Below are positions 39,249-48,540 of a stretch of 64,000 nt of DNA, piece by piece. The translations under genes were made by a program, and so were the position numbers. The notes beneath the pieces were generated by a model. The model was not told the DNA's origin and made no database searches. It worked only from the letters and a program-made list of their open reading frames with translations. The DNA comes from a virus. Each line of letters begins with the position of its first letter. Within the stretch, counting starts at the first letter, position 1. The stretch spans positions 32,006-96,005 of IMG/VR virus record IMGVR_UViG_3300035199_000659; one strand, 5' to 3'.

Positions 39249-39417
39249 TCTTTTTGTCAGATTCTTCTTCGGCCGGGGCCTTAATCATCAATTCTTTTCT
39301 TCCAAGCCTCTTGCGCTTCTCAATCAAATGCCATGCATCTTCTAATTGCGCTGCAAAGTCCTCGTCGGCCTTTGTTTTTCTATGTTTTACTCTGTTAAGT
39401 GTCTTTTTCTTCTTCAC
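39238..39417 (-). CDS. Small basic protein
   Basis: GTG start behind GAGG, downstream of the tmRNA 3' end. Confidence 0.5.
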   Translation of the reverse strand: MKKKKTLNRVKHRKTKADEDFAAQLEDAWHLIEKRKRLGRKELMIKAPAEEESDKKNEP

Positions 39418-39435
39418 AATCAACCTCTTGTATAA

Positions 39436-39771
39436 TGGTGGAGACGGCGGGAGTCGAACCCGCGTCCAGAATAAGTCCAATTGTAGTCATTCACAAGCTT
39501 ATCAGTTTTTATATCCCCCAACTGAGCGGGTAGACGGCTATAATCTAAAGCTTACCGTCCTGTTGCCTTAAATGGTTTGATTTTTACAACTTGTCTGTTG
39601 TTTTGCTTAGATTGGAAAGAAGGCTCTAAGCGACCTCCCGATTAAGCCGCTAAGCGGACAGATTCGAAGTGTGTGTTGTTATTTGCAACTATTGTTTTTG
39701 AACGATTAAGGTTGTATCATACCTGCTTGCACTATTCCTTTTTGTTACTCTGTCGAAACCATTTCATCCCC
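39436..39771 (-). ncRNA. ssrA: tmRNA, tag (A)ANNNTHFESVRLAA
   Basis: 5' GGGGATGAAATGGTTTCGAC; 3' GACGCGGGTTCGACTCCCGCCGTCTCCACCA; G3:U70 pair; resume codon GCA after ATAGTT; tag ends LAA-stop. Confidence 0.95.
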
Positions 39772-40002
39772 TTTTTTTGTTTTTCTTACCTTTTTGACAA
39801 TCACTCCAAGAGGCTCACCGGCCTTTCCATCCAGCCAAATTACAATCTCTTTGCGCGCTTTAATATCGCGTGATTTGCTTTTTGTAGCCTTAAGGTATGG
39901 AATCGCTTTTTTGGCTGCTTTGAGGGCCGCTGCCTCAGAAGAGTGTGAACTAATTAGCTCTCCCTGAATATAATGGCCATCCCACTTATACACCCTCCAC
40001 AT
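39745..40002 (-). CDS. Small basic hypothetical protein
   Basis: 85-aa ORF whose last 27 nt overlap the tmRNA 5' end. Confidence 0.55.
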   Translation of the reverse strand: MWRVYKWDGHYIQGELISSHSSEAAALKAAKKAIPYLKATKSKSRDIKARKEIVIWLDGKAGEPLGVIVKKVRKTKKGDEMVSTE

Positions 40003-40003
40003 A

Positions 40004-40246
40004 TTACTTAAGACTCTCTAAGACGTCTATCATCGTGTCAATCTGAAAGAGTGCTACAGTGTCGCAGCGAAAGTATCCGGATTTTGAATCATAATTTGGA
40101 CTCTGACAGATATTTGCCGGGGCCCCATTGATCCAATCAATTTTATACCAAGTCCAGTTATCGCATGTACTTTGTTCGGTAATCTTACCGAACGAAAGCT
40201 TGTGGACGTCGCTAACCTTGTATACTGTTTTGCCTACTGAAGACAT
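40004..40246 (-). CDS. Small SH3-like protein
   Basis: VGKTVY...FGKI...WYKIDW; GGAGG RBS. Confidence 0.5.
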   Translation of the reverse strand: MSSVGKTVYKVSDVHKLSFGKITEQSTCDNWTWYKIDWINGAPANICQSPNYDSKSGYFRCDTVALFQIDTMIDVLESLK

Positions 40247-40249
40247 TAT

Positions 40250-40600
40250 TTATTCCTCCTGTTCATTAAAGAAACTATCAATATTATATTTGTCATGCTG
40301 TTTTTTGAATTCAAGATATGTCAAGCCAAGAAATCTAGCAGCATCCTTTTTAGAATGTGTTGCTGAAATGGCAAACTTTAGTAATGCTTCTCTTATAATA
40401 TAACATGACCCATGCCATATGTCAAGGCCATAAAGTCTATTTTTCACGTGAGCACAAGAAAGCTCTAACTTCAGAGCTATCAAGTCTTCTAATGTAAGAT
40501 TGTTAATTAATACTAGTAGATCATTGCTGACAACACCTTCATGTGTTAGTTTATCAATTATACTTTTAGTACTAGTAGTTGATCTTTTATCTACTTTCAT
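40250..40600 (-). CDS. Fis-type HTH protein
   Basis: AISATHSKKDAARFLGLT resembles Fis/NtrC HTH_8. Confidence 0.65.
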   Translation of the reverse strand: MKVDKRSTTSTKSIIDKLTHEGVVSNDLLVLINNLTLEDLIALKLELSCAHVKNRLYGLDIWHGSCYIIREALLKFAISATHSKKDAARFLGLTYLEFKKQHDKYNIDSFFNEQEE

Positions 40601-40626
40601 TGGCTTTCAAAAACCGTCACATACTC

Positions 40627-40655
40627 AGTATAATGCCGGCGGGGGATCTTGTCAA
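40627..40655 (-). promoter_or_regulatory. Sigma70 promoter
   Basis: TTGACA-17 nt-TATACT upstream of the Fis-like gene and tmRNA operon. Confidence 0.8.
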
Positions 40656-40669
40656 GTACTTTTTAAAAA

Positions 40670-41104
40670 TTATTTTGTTATTTTGCCAGTATATGTATGC
40701 GTGGCGCCATCTGGCGTACTTGAGGCGCGTTTCATGGACAAATCACCGGAAAACACAAAGCTATCCGGGCTATCAGATTGCGCAGCCATGTGCTTCATCA
40801 AGGCGCTGTGAGCATTAGATCTGGCAACACTCCATGCCATAGAGCCCCTTAGCCCCTGTGGAGTTTCTACAGTGACTGTAAAACTCCCATCATCATCCAT
40901 ATCCACTTCACCAATTTCAGCCTGTTGTTGCTGTGTGTCTACTTGCTGAGTGGGTTCCGGTTCAGGCATATCAGGTACATCTGGCGTTCCTCCAAGTCCC
41001 AAAGCAAGCCCTAGACCAGCTAATGCGCTCCCAACTGGCCCCTCATCCAGTTCTTCTTGATCTTCATCCAGATACTCTCGCCAGTTTTCCATTAAGAGCT
41101 TCAT
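40670..41104 (-). CDS. Leader-tagged protein with hydrophobic segment
   Basis: MKLLMENWREYLDE...LDEG then SALAGLGLALGL. Confidence 0.7.
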   Translation of the reverse strand: MKLLMENWREYLDEDQEELDEGPVGSALAGLGLALGLGGTPDVPDMPEPEPTQQVDTQQQQAEIGEVDMDDDGSFTVTVETPQGLRGSMAWSVARSNAHSALMKHMAAQSDSPDSFVFSGDLSMKRASSTPDGATHTYTGKITK

Positions 41105-41106
41105 GA

Positions 41107-42018
41107 TTAAAGTCCCAGTGCAATCTCGTCAGCCGTCGGGCGAGAGAGGTCTTCCATCATTGCCTCTTCTTCGCCACCAGCGTCGTTTTTCGCCATATCG
41201 TATGCTTGATTGGTGGGCTCTTCTACAGAGCCAGTTAGCTCAGTTTCAAACTTATCAAAATAGAGTTTTGTGTTAGCAATCAAGTAATCATAGAATAGCT
41301 CTTGATCTTCAGGGTTCGAGAGCAGTTCATAAGAATCAATAATGTTACTCTCAATCTTTTTAAAGGTAGAGTAAGCAATATTGCGGCCAGTCTCATCGGC
41401 ACCCTCAATTCCGAAATCTTCGCGAGGATCTTCGGGCTCTGTGTCAGCAGAAATTTCTGAATCAGTACGGATATCAATAAACTTATCGTTATCCTCGGGC
41501 CCAGTTGCATCATCGGTAATCTCGATATCAATTTCTTCTTCCATGGGAGTTTGACCAACCTTACGCCCCATATCAGTGGGAGAAGCCGGATAACATTTGC
41601 CATTTATCTCTTTTTCGCCTTCACCACATTGAACGTTCTCTTCGGTCAGGCCGTCCGCCTCTCCGTCACCAGCCTCATTGTTAGCTTCAATGGGGGTGAG
41701 AGTATCAATGATGGCTTGCACGATGTGCGCACGGAAGGACTTGCGTTGTTCTGGATCGGTTGTCATAGACTTAAAATCATCTTCCAAAACTGGCACAATC
41801 TTCTTAAGAAGCTCCTCAAGCACGTTAATGCCCGTAGACTTGTTGGGTGTAGGATCCACATCTGCAGTCTGGCGCTCATCGAGCGTCTTCATTTCTTCAT
41901 CCATAAATGCACGAATAATTCCACGTAACTCCTGCTCTTCATTCAATTTTTTTGTCTTGACATAGCGGATCAAAGATCGTATACTAGATCTAAGGTTCTG
42001 TTCTTCTTTATGATTCAT
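41107..42018 (-). CDS. Acidic putative internal head protein
   Basis: Very acidic; repeated LNE/LDE/LTE/MEE motifs. Confidence 0.55.
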   Translation of the reverse strand: MNHKEEQNLRSSIRSLIRYVKTKKLNEEQELRGIIRAFMDEEMKTLDERQTADVDPTPNKSTGINVLEELLKKIVPVLEDDFKSMTTDPEQRKSFRAHIVQAIIDTLTPIEANNEAGDGEADGLTEENVQCGEGEKEINGKCYPASPTDMGRKVGQTPMEEEIDIEITDDATGPEDNDKFIDIRTDSEISADTEPEDPREDFGIEGADETGRNIAYSTFKKIESNIIDSYELLSNPEDQELFYDYLIANTKLYFDKFETELTGSVEEPTNQAYDMAKNDAGGEEEAMMEDLSRPTADEIALGL

Positions 42019-44135
42019 GTTTTAATTCCTCTTTCAATAAGTAGTTTGTATACATCCATAACTAAACTCATATCAATATTTTCGTTTTGCTTTTTCTTTT
42101 TAGTGTCGCGCTTACCCGGAGTAAATCCCAAGGTACGCATAACTAAAGGGTCATCTTTCTTTTTGCCCCCACTATTTTGCTCATCTTCATTAGAGTGGCC
42201 ACCAGCAGCGCCAGCCGATGCCATGGACATCTCCTCAAGAGGCTCATTGAGACCCGTATCGATGCCTAGGATGGACAGAAAATCATATACGTCCCCTTCG
42301 CCACCTATGAAATCTTCAAGCAGCTCAAGGGCTTCCTCATCCTCTGTAGCCTTTCCTAAAAGATATCGCATATCAGACGCATGGAAATCACGAGGATCAA
42401 CTTCTGGGTCTGGATTTTTTACACTTGGCATTTCTTCTGCCAAGGGGGATTCCTCTAAAAGTGCCATATATTCTGGCCCGTGTTGGGCGGCCGCGCAAGC
42501 AACACTGCGAGGATCCAGCAGTTCGACCCCATCTCTAATATACTTTTCGGCCTCGGACCACCGTTTCCAATCATCGCACTTCTCACTCGCTCCCAACGTA
42601 AGCACATCGCCCGGCTGTAGGGGGCCCACATCACCCATAAACTCGTATGCGGCTGTCAGTGGCGACGCTGCTGTGGATATTTCAATTGAAACGTTGGGGA
42701 GGTGTGCTGCAAGCGATTCCCACATTCTTTTTGCATGTGCTGCTGTAATGACAGTGCCGTCGGCCAAGGTACGTTGTCTCTTGAGTGGATTAGAAATGAG
42801 AACTTTAACTTCTTCATTGTTTACGGCATATTCTTCGACCATAGCAAGATGTCCCCTGTGAGGTGGCTTGAACGCGCCCGGCACAAGGGCGATCTTTTTT
42901 CCAGCAGCTGCGGCTGGATTGACATCTGCTGCAGCACTATCAACAATATTTAATTCAATAGCGCTCTCTTCGTCATCTTCTTGCTCATTAACTTGCCCAA
43001 ATCCTCCTCCCATATTACCAACAATGAATTCACCAGTAATTTTAACTGGTTTGGGCCCAAACTTCTTTTCATCTCGCAAAACGGCGCCTTCGTGGCCACT
43101 CAGGTCGCCCATGGGGCTAGTTAGTCCTCGCAAGACTTGATTTCCAAGTACGCGGGTGGCATGCATAAAAACAGCACCGTAAATAGCAGCTTCTGCATCT
43201 GCATCGTCAATCAATTCTGTAATTGGCAGCGCTTGATGTAAAATAGCTAAATACAAATTCTTATGTAATGCGTGTGTCTTTCTTTTCAAGCCTAAATCGG
43301 GAAATTCATCCTGCAATGTTACCACCTTATAACGAGGATTAGAAGCTTCATTTAGCCACTCTCCTATAGATTTCGTTATTTCGGTATCATCGCTAATTCG
43401 AACAGTGAATGGCTCGCTTAAAACCTCACTATAATCAATATCAACTTCACTTCTTTCGGTTGGTACAGAAGAATATACTTGAAAGCCATATTTTTCAGCA
43501 AGAGGTTTTAACTTTTCTACTAAACGCTCCATAACTTCAGGATCATAAGAGATTTCGCGACTTGGGTCTGGAAGTGGGACTTCTTTTTTCTTTTTGGCAT
43601 CCCAGATCATCGGCCGCTCGAGTCCCGGGCGATAATTACCCTTACTTGGTCCAGATTTGGCCGTTTTTTCATAAAACTGATTTAAACCGTGAATTGCTAA
43701 AAAATTAGTGTCGTATTGAGTAACATTTGTCGTCCCCTCAACGTATTCAGTATTTAAGAATTTAGTTGGGTCATCCCACATTCCCAAAGCTTCTAATTCT
43801 GGCTGTATGTCTTCAATTGAGCCATTGAGAATTTGTAAAAGAGTAGTAATAGCCACACGCATCCCGTGACCTTCTTTAAATCTCTTATTAACACGCGAAG
43901 CGGTGATACCCTCAATATCTATCATTGCCAAAGATCCGCGATCTACAGCCATTTGCTTTACGTCATCTTGGTCGGTCACTTTAAAAGACACATTAACGCC
44001 GTCAATCTTGACTGCCCCGCCGGCTTTCTTTTCAAGCATCCCCTTGGCCGTTTCAAAAAAATCTAAAAGATCATTTCCTGTGTTTACCCCCTGAAGATCA
44101 AAGGGGTGATTCATATGTCCTGCGCCACCACCCAT
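42015..44135 (-). CDS. Ligase-like nucleotidyltransferase domain fused to HxGH cytidylyltransferase domain
   Basis: KIDG, HEGAV, VKITG (ligase motifs I/IV/V-like); PGAFKPPHRGH and HASDMR. Confidence 0.65.
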   Translation of the reverse strand: MGGGAGHMNHPFDLQGVNTGNDLLDFFETAKGMLEKKAGGAVKIDGVNVSFKVTDQDDVKQMAVDRGSLAMIDIEGITASRVNKRFKEGHGMRVAITTLLQILNGSIEDIQPELEALGMWDDPTKFLNTEYVEGTTNVTQYDTNFLAIHGLNQFYEKTAKSGPSKGNYRPGLERPMIWDAKKKKEVPLPDPSREISYDPEVMERLVEKLKPLAEKYGFQVYSSVPTERSEVDIDYSEVLSEPFTVRISDDTEITKSIGEWLNEASNPRYKVVTLQDEFPDLGLKRKTHALHKNLYLAILHQALPITELIDDADAEAAIYGAVFMHATRVLGNQVLRGLTSPMGDLSGHEGAVLRDEKKFGPKPVKITGEFIVGNMGGGFGQVNEQEDDEESAIELNIVDSAAADVNPAAAAGKKIALVPGAFKPPHRGHLAMVEEYAVNNEEVKVLISNPLKRQRTLADGTVITAAHAKRMWESLAAHLPNVSIEISTAASPLTAAYEFMGDVGPLQPGDVLTLGASEKCDDWKRWSEAEKYIRDGVELLDPRSVACAAAQHGPEYMALLEESPLAEEMPSVKNPDPEVDPRDFHASDMRYLLGKATEDEEALELLEDFIGGEGDVYDFLSILGIDTGLNEPLEEMSMASAGAAGGHSNEDEQNSGGKKKDDPLVMRTLGFTPGKRDTKKKKQNENIDMSLVMDVYKLLIERGIKT

Positions 44136-44396
44136 TTATTTTTCCTCATTCTCGTTTAAAGCTTCTTCAAGAATATTAAGCTTTTCTTCGAGTAAATCGA
44201 CTCTGTTTTGCATCCGCCGGGCGTACTTGCGTACTTCTCTAAGATGTTCGGCGGCCATATCCAATCGACGTTTTTCAGACACGCTTTTTGGTTTAAAATG
44301 CTTTACGATCTCTTGAAGAGACTGTATATACATGAAAATGTCTCGATCAATATTTTCATTGATTAAATATCGTTGCCAATCCTGTTCTAAGGACAT
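44136..44396 (-). CDS. Small coiled-coil protein with leader-like start
   Basis: MSLEQDWQRYLINE. Confidence 0.6.
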   Translation of the reverse strand: MSLEQDWQRYLINENIDRDIFMYIQSLQEIVKHFKPKSVSEKRRLDMAAEHLREVRKYARRMQNRVDLLEEKLNILEEALNENEEK

Positions 44397-44407
44397 AAAA
44401 CATCCCC

Positions 44408-45670
44408 TTATTTGGTTTTCTTGACTAATGCTGCTCTAATAGCTTTGCGGATAGCCTCTTCCATAGGTCGAGCCCGTGGATCCGGCGCCCCACGCTGAAT
44501 ACGAGGATCTGCGCGCCCTCTTGCTCGACGCTCGTCTAAATCCTCTTCCTTCTCATCATCATAATCGCGATCCTTAATAAGCGCGTCTAAGTGATGCCTA
44601 ATGGCTTTAAGGTGCTCGTCGTCCGACATGGCGTTATCTTCATAATGCTCTTTCTCAGAATCATCATGAACCTTGTGGTGCGGGTGCCGCTTCTCGTAGT
44701 CTTTGCCAGTATCATCTTCATCTTCATCACCCTTGCGGTCACCACCGTGAGAATAATCCTTCTCATCTTCGTGACCGTCGGCGCCATCATCGTCTTTGCG
44801 ATCACCGCCTTCAATAAGGGCTTTCTTGAAAGCTTTCTTAAAACGCTCTTGAATATCTACGACCATCTCGTCTTCGCCGGCTTCGTCGCCGGCCATGCCA
44901 CCAAGGGCCGCTTGCAGACGTGCTACAAGGTCTCCAAGCTCATCAACAATGGCATTGGGATCCTGTGGGCCCTCTTCTTCGCCCGCACTCTGCATAACGA
45001 CCACATCGTCGTCTGCAACTGCTTCCGGCCCATGATCGCCGCAACCCATCTCATCTAGATCTTGCTCTTCGAGTGTTCCGTCGAGGCTTTCTCCAGCCAT
45101 GGCAGCATCTGACACCGCTTTTGCTTCTTCCTCTTTGGTCATCGCGCCAGATTCTGACTCTTCATTTAACTTGGTGAGATCCATCTTGAATCCCCAAGCT
45201 TCGCTAAGGAGGCTTTTAAGCTCTCCGTTTTTCCAATCTTTTGTTGACATAACTTTTTCTACTCCTTTTTGTAGATGTTCAAAATAAATAGTCTGCTTTA
45301 TGCTGTCTTCCCAATCTCGGAAGCATAAATTTCCGATTTCATATGCCTGACGTTCCATTTCACGGAGATGCGAGTCGTTTTGGGCATACCCGTGCCCCAT
45401 TTCGCCGACATTATTAAACTCTCCATTGCAATTTTGAGTATGATGGACCAATTCGTGTGACAACGACCGCATAACGTCCTTTGGGTGCCGGCCATTAATA
45501 TAAATTGTTACTGCTTTCGCGCTTGGATCATAATATGCTGTTTTCCCAAGCGGATCTTGCGCATTTTGCTCATCTCGGCGTACAAAGAGCCTTGGAGGGT
45601 CTTGAAAGCCCATTCTCTCTTGCGCAAACGGCAAAAATTGCTTAATTAGCGGTTTTATGATGTCAATCAT
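44408..45670 (-). CDS. HEXXH metallopeptidase-like domain plus acidic His-rich region
   Basis: SLSHELVHHTQ...EMERQA; C-terminal half is low complexity with a GGDRK...KDY repeat. Confidence 0.65.
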   Translation of the reverse strand: MIDIIKPLIKQFLPFAQERMGFQDPPRLFVRRDEQNAQDPLGKTAYYDPSAKAVTIYINGRHPKDVMRSLSHELVHHTQNCNGEFNNVGEMGHGYAQNDSHLREMERQAYEIGNLCFRDWEDSIKQTIYFEHLQKGVEKVMSTKDWKNGELKSLLSEAWGFKMDLTKLNEESESGAMTKEEEAKAVSDAAMAGESLDGTLEEQDLDEMGCGDHGPEAVADDDVVVMQSAGEEEGPQDPNAIVDELGDLVARLQAALGGMAGDEAGEDEMVVDIQERFKKAFKKALIEGGDRKDDDGADGHEDEKDYSHGGDRKGDEDEDDTGKDYEKRHPHHKVHDDSEKEHYEDNAMSDDEHLKAIRHHLDALIKDRDYDDEKEEDLDERRARGRADPRIQRGAPDPRARPMEEAIRKAIRAALVKKTK

Positions 45671-46004
45671 TCAAAAATACCTCTTTTTGCTCCGGAGAAT
45701 ACCAAATATACTCTAAATAGTTCCCAAATGGGTCTTCGACATAAACTCCTATAGTGCCATCGCGATGGTGGATTACCATACCTTGATCTATGGGCAGATC
45801 TTCTCTATTTTCGACTAAAACCGCAAAATGGGCACTAGAATAGTGTTTTCTGTCGATTAAAGCGATATTTGTGTTGGCAACTTGGATTCTAGTATACTTT
45901 TCATCGCGAAAGGTAACCACTCCCTTCAATTTTTGGACATACCACTCTTCTGCAACATCTAAGTCGTCCACCAAGATAGCGATATGGTCAATTCTTGAGT
46001 TCAT
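45663..46004 (-). CDS. VOC/glyoxalase family protein
   Basis: IDHIAILVDDL...HFA...YVEDPFGNYLE. Confidence 0.88.
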   Translation of the reverse strand: MNSRIDHIAILVDDLDVAEEWYVQKLKGVVTFRDEKYTRIQVANTNIALIDRKHYSSAHFAVLVENREDLPIDQGMVIHHRDGTIGVYVEDPFGNYLEYIWYSPEQKEVFLND

Positions 46005-46266
46005 ATTTTAATTCGTCTTTTTTAGAAGGAGAAACGAGCCTTAGACTTAAAGTAAAAAATTCTAATTCGCGATTTGAGTCATTGATCGGGATTACACGCG
46101 ATATTGACACAAGTCTGTTAGATTTAATTTCGTTCTTTACCTTAATAATTATCCCGTAATGCATGTCCCAGCCATTTTTTTCTGAATTCCATCGCGACCA
46201 CTCCACTATGTCGCCCACATCAAGATGATCTGCGAAGTTTTCACCAAAAATTGTTTTTTCATTCAT
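45988..46266 (-). CDS. Small SH3-like protein
   Basis: LDVGDIVEW...YGII. Confidence 0.55.
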   Translation of the reverse strand: MNEKTIFGENFADHLDVGDIVEWSRWNSEKNGWDMHYGIIIKVKNEIKSNRLVSISRVIPINDSNRELEFFTLSLRLVSPSKKDELKYELKN

Positions 46267-46486
46267 TATACGACACCATCCACGCACAATAACCCCTAAG
46301 TAGGAATCCTTTCATCTTTTCATATGCTGAGACCTCTTCTGTGAATGGGCCATCGGTCATTAAAATGATATTCTCTGTGCTATAGTAATACACAAGGTAA
46401 GCTCGCGCCCCCGACTTTAAGGTGTCGTGGAAAATATACCGTCGCGATCGGCCCAATGATCCTCGTGTGGCTCTCTTGTTGCTCAT
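46259..46486 (-). CDS. Hypothetical protein
   Basis: Operon-overlapped ORF. Confidence 0.5.
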   Translation of the reverse strand: MSNKRATRGSLGRSRRYIFHDTLKSGARAYLVYYYSTENIILMTDGPFTEEVSAYEKMKGFLLRGYCAWMVSYNE

Positions 46487-46522
46487 TATCAGAAATAAAT
46501 AGCAGCAAAATGCATAACATAT

Positions 46523-46672
46523 TTAAAGATACATAGATTTTTTAGCTTGACATACCAACAGCGCCGCTAATAGACTAATTGTGGTGAACTCAAAGCCCCA
46601 TACACCATATGATATCCATGACAGAATCATAGCTAACACAAGTTTCCAAAAGAAACCAAATTTAAATAACAT
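46523..46672 (-). CDS. Small membrane protein (49 aa, not in ORF track)
   Basis: MLFKFGFFWKLVLAMILSWISYGVWGFEFTTISLLAALLVC; TGATG coupling to the upstream gene. Confidence 0.5.
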   Translation of the reverse strand: MLFKFGFFWKLVLAMILSWISYGVWGFEFTTISLLAALLVCQAKKSMYL

Positions 46673-46959
46673 CAGTCAAACCCCGTATAGATTAATTCGT
46701 CTTCTACTACAAGTATAACATCATTCGACGCGGTGTATACCAAAACTCTTCCTAAATCATCTTGTTGGGCGCTTATAATATAACATTTAATACCCCTCGC
46801 AACGCGGACAACAGATTTTTGTGCTGGGTCATAAAACCAGTCATATCCCTGTCCCTGAATAGCATATTCGGGGACCAACTCATCGTCCTCCTTAACAGTA
46901 CCACTCATCTGACTAAAGATTTTTTTTAATAGTTCTTTGTTGATATATGTTGCGGACAT
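46672..46959 (-). CDS. Hypothetical protein
   Basis: Start MSATY; operon context. Confidence 0.55.
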   Translation of the reverse strand: MSATYINKELLKKIFSQMSGTVKEDDELVPEYAIQGQGYDWFYDPAQKSVVRVARGIKCYIISAQQDDLGRVLVYTASNDVILVVEDELIYTGFD

Positions 46960-47029
46960 ATAGTAACTAGATGATGTACAGCAAGGATGCATAGTTAAAA
47001 TATGCCCCTATTGTAGCAAAAACTTAAAT

Positions 47030-47350
47030 TTAAAAGAATTTTGAATAAGCAAGGGCCGATGCCATTAGGAATTGGACCACTGTAAATGTGGTGATAGCCT
47101 TGGTCTTAAATATTTTTAAGTCTTCGATATCATCGAAGGCCCCTTTAAGCTGAGTTGGTGAAGCAACTTCGTCTAACTTTTCTTTCCATGCTTTTAGATC
47201 CTGTACCCGGTCTTCCTTCGCTTTGAGTTCAGTCAGCTGACTCTTCATGTCTTGTAGTTCGGTCCGGAGACCTTCAATGCCGTGAGACAGGGTCTCTAAC
47301 TGTTGCAAAACTAATTTTGAGTATGTCTCCCAACCATTTGAATCGGCCAT
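47030..47350 (-). CDS. Coiled-coil protein with C-terminal TM (holin-like architecture)
   Basis: Heptads then AITTFTVVQFLMASALAY; GGAGG RBS. Confidence 0.5.
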   Translation of the reverse strand: MADSNGWETYSKLVLQQLETLSHGIEGLRTELQDMKSQLTELKAKEDRVQDLKAWKEKLDEVASPTQLKGAFDDIEDLKIFKTKAITTFTVVQFLMASALAYSKFF

Positions 47351-47404
47351 AGTAAATCCTCCGGAGCTAACATAAATAGTCTCCCCGCGGGGAAGAAAAT
47401 GAGA

Positions 47405-47992
47405 TTAATCTGTGCGATCTATATTTTCGTCGATATCTTCAGCATACTTAACTCTTCTTGCGCGTATTTTGATGTCAGGGAAGACGTCTCTTAGTTCTTC
47501 CACTGCCTCTACGTTCTTACCAGAGTCATCAAAGAACAACACATCTGTTGCGCCGGTCCTAATTCTGTCGTGAATCCAAGACGATTTGGCATGAGGGTCT
47601 GAATCGCCTAAAAGTTCAAATGTAATCATAGATGTATCAAGGCCGATGCTCTCAAGATAATCTCGAATGGCTTCCTCGGCTTCAGCCGCCCGCGCCGTTA
47701 AAATTGCAATCTCACGGCCTTCTGTGCCGGCATTAAGTGCGTTACGGATGATGTTTGTAATCTGTTTAATCTCGCGAGGGTTGATAACTTCATCAAACTC
47801 AGAGAAGTCATATTCATAATCTGGATTGATTTTGTGAGTTGCGTATTCGCCCGGAGTCATTGTGATGCTTTCTCCCGTATCGGTGGTAATATGAATATTT
47901 GAATCAGACTTTGCAATTGTGTCGTCAAAATCAAAAACACGTAGCTTTGATTCTTTTAAATACTCTCGCCAATTTTCAAGTAGGAGTTTCAT
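47405..47992 (-). CDS. Leader-tagged HAD phosphatase (RNA-repair HAD-like)
   Basis: MKLLLENWREYLKE leader; VFDFDDTI, ILTAR, K, FFDDS..N. Confidence 0.8.
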   Translation of the reverse strand: MKLLLENWREYLKESKLRVFDFDDTIAKSDSNIHITTDTGESITMTPGEYATHKINPDYEYDFSEFDEVINPREIKQITNIIRNALNAGTEGREIAILTARAAEAEEAIRDYLESIGLDTSMITFELLGDSDPHAKSSWIHDRIRTGATDVLFFDDSGKNVEAVEELRDVFPDIKIRARRVKYAEDIDENIDRTD

Positions 47993-48540
47993 ACATCACT
48001 CCCCTTGCTCCTTAGAAATTCTAGATCTTCTTCTGTTACTTTACCGCCATGTTTTTTATAAAACTCTATGTCTTCTTTGGTTGCAAACCTAACTAAATTT
48101 GTGTAATCATCTACACTTACTTCTTCGATAGCGCAAGGAACTACTGGCCCATGTTCTTCTTCAGAAACCCATTCAGGTCTATCATCTGGGACTCCCGTGT
48201 TTCTAAAAGTTTTAGCTGGAAGTTTATATAAATATACTTTCTCTCCATTGCGTATTTCTCCATTAATCGATACTAATTGATCGGACACAGTAGGATTTAT
48301 GAAAGCTTCTGGAAACGAACCATCTGGTTTTCTTACCAAGCCGGGAATAATTGCCCATTCCCTATTTTCATACGCATATATTGCAACTAGATTTTGTTCG
48401 GGATTACCACTAATGTCGTGGGCTTGGCGAGGCTCCAGTGCACCATCGATCTTGTGTGTGGATCCGTGCCACACCACCTCGTCAGGACAACCCTGCTCTT
48501 CTGTTATATACCTTCGCCAATTTTCAAGTAGGAGTTTCAT
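47989..48540 (-). CDS. Leader-tagged ADP-ribosyltransferase-fold protein (Arr-like)
   Basis: WHGS...LEP...IYAY...WA...YLY...EWVS; true start MKLLL at 48540. Confidence 0.55.
   Translation of the reverse strand: MKLLLENWRRYITEEQGCPDEVVWHGSTHKIDGALEPRQAHDISGNPEQNLVAIYAYENREWAIIPGLVRKPDGSFPEAFINPTVSDQLVSINGEIRNGEKVYLYKLPAKTFRNTGVPDDRPEWVSEEEHGPVVPCAIEEVSVDDYTNLVRFATKEDIEFYKKHGGKVTEEDLEFLRSKGSDV

Noticed and set aside
39418-39480. 5' extension of ORF 39238-39480
   Set aside because: It lies within the tmRNA 3' end; a GTG start with RBS at 39417 is more credible
47380-47394. Palindrome TCCCCGCGGGGA as a terminator
   Set aside because: It has almost no loop and no U-tract on the coding strand; function unsupported
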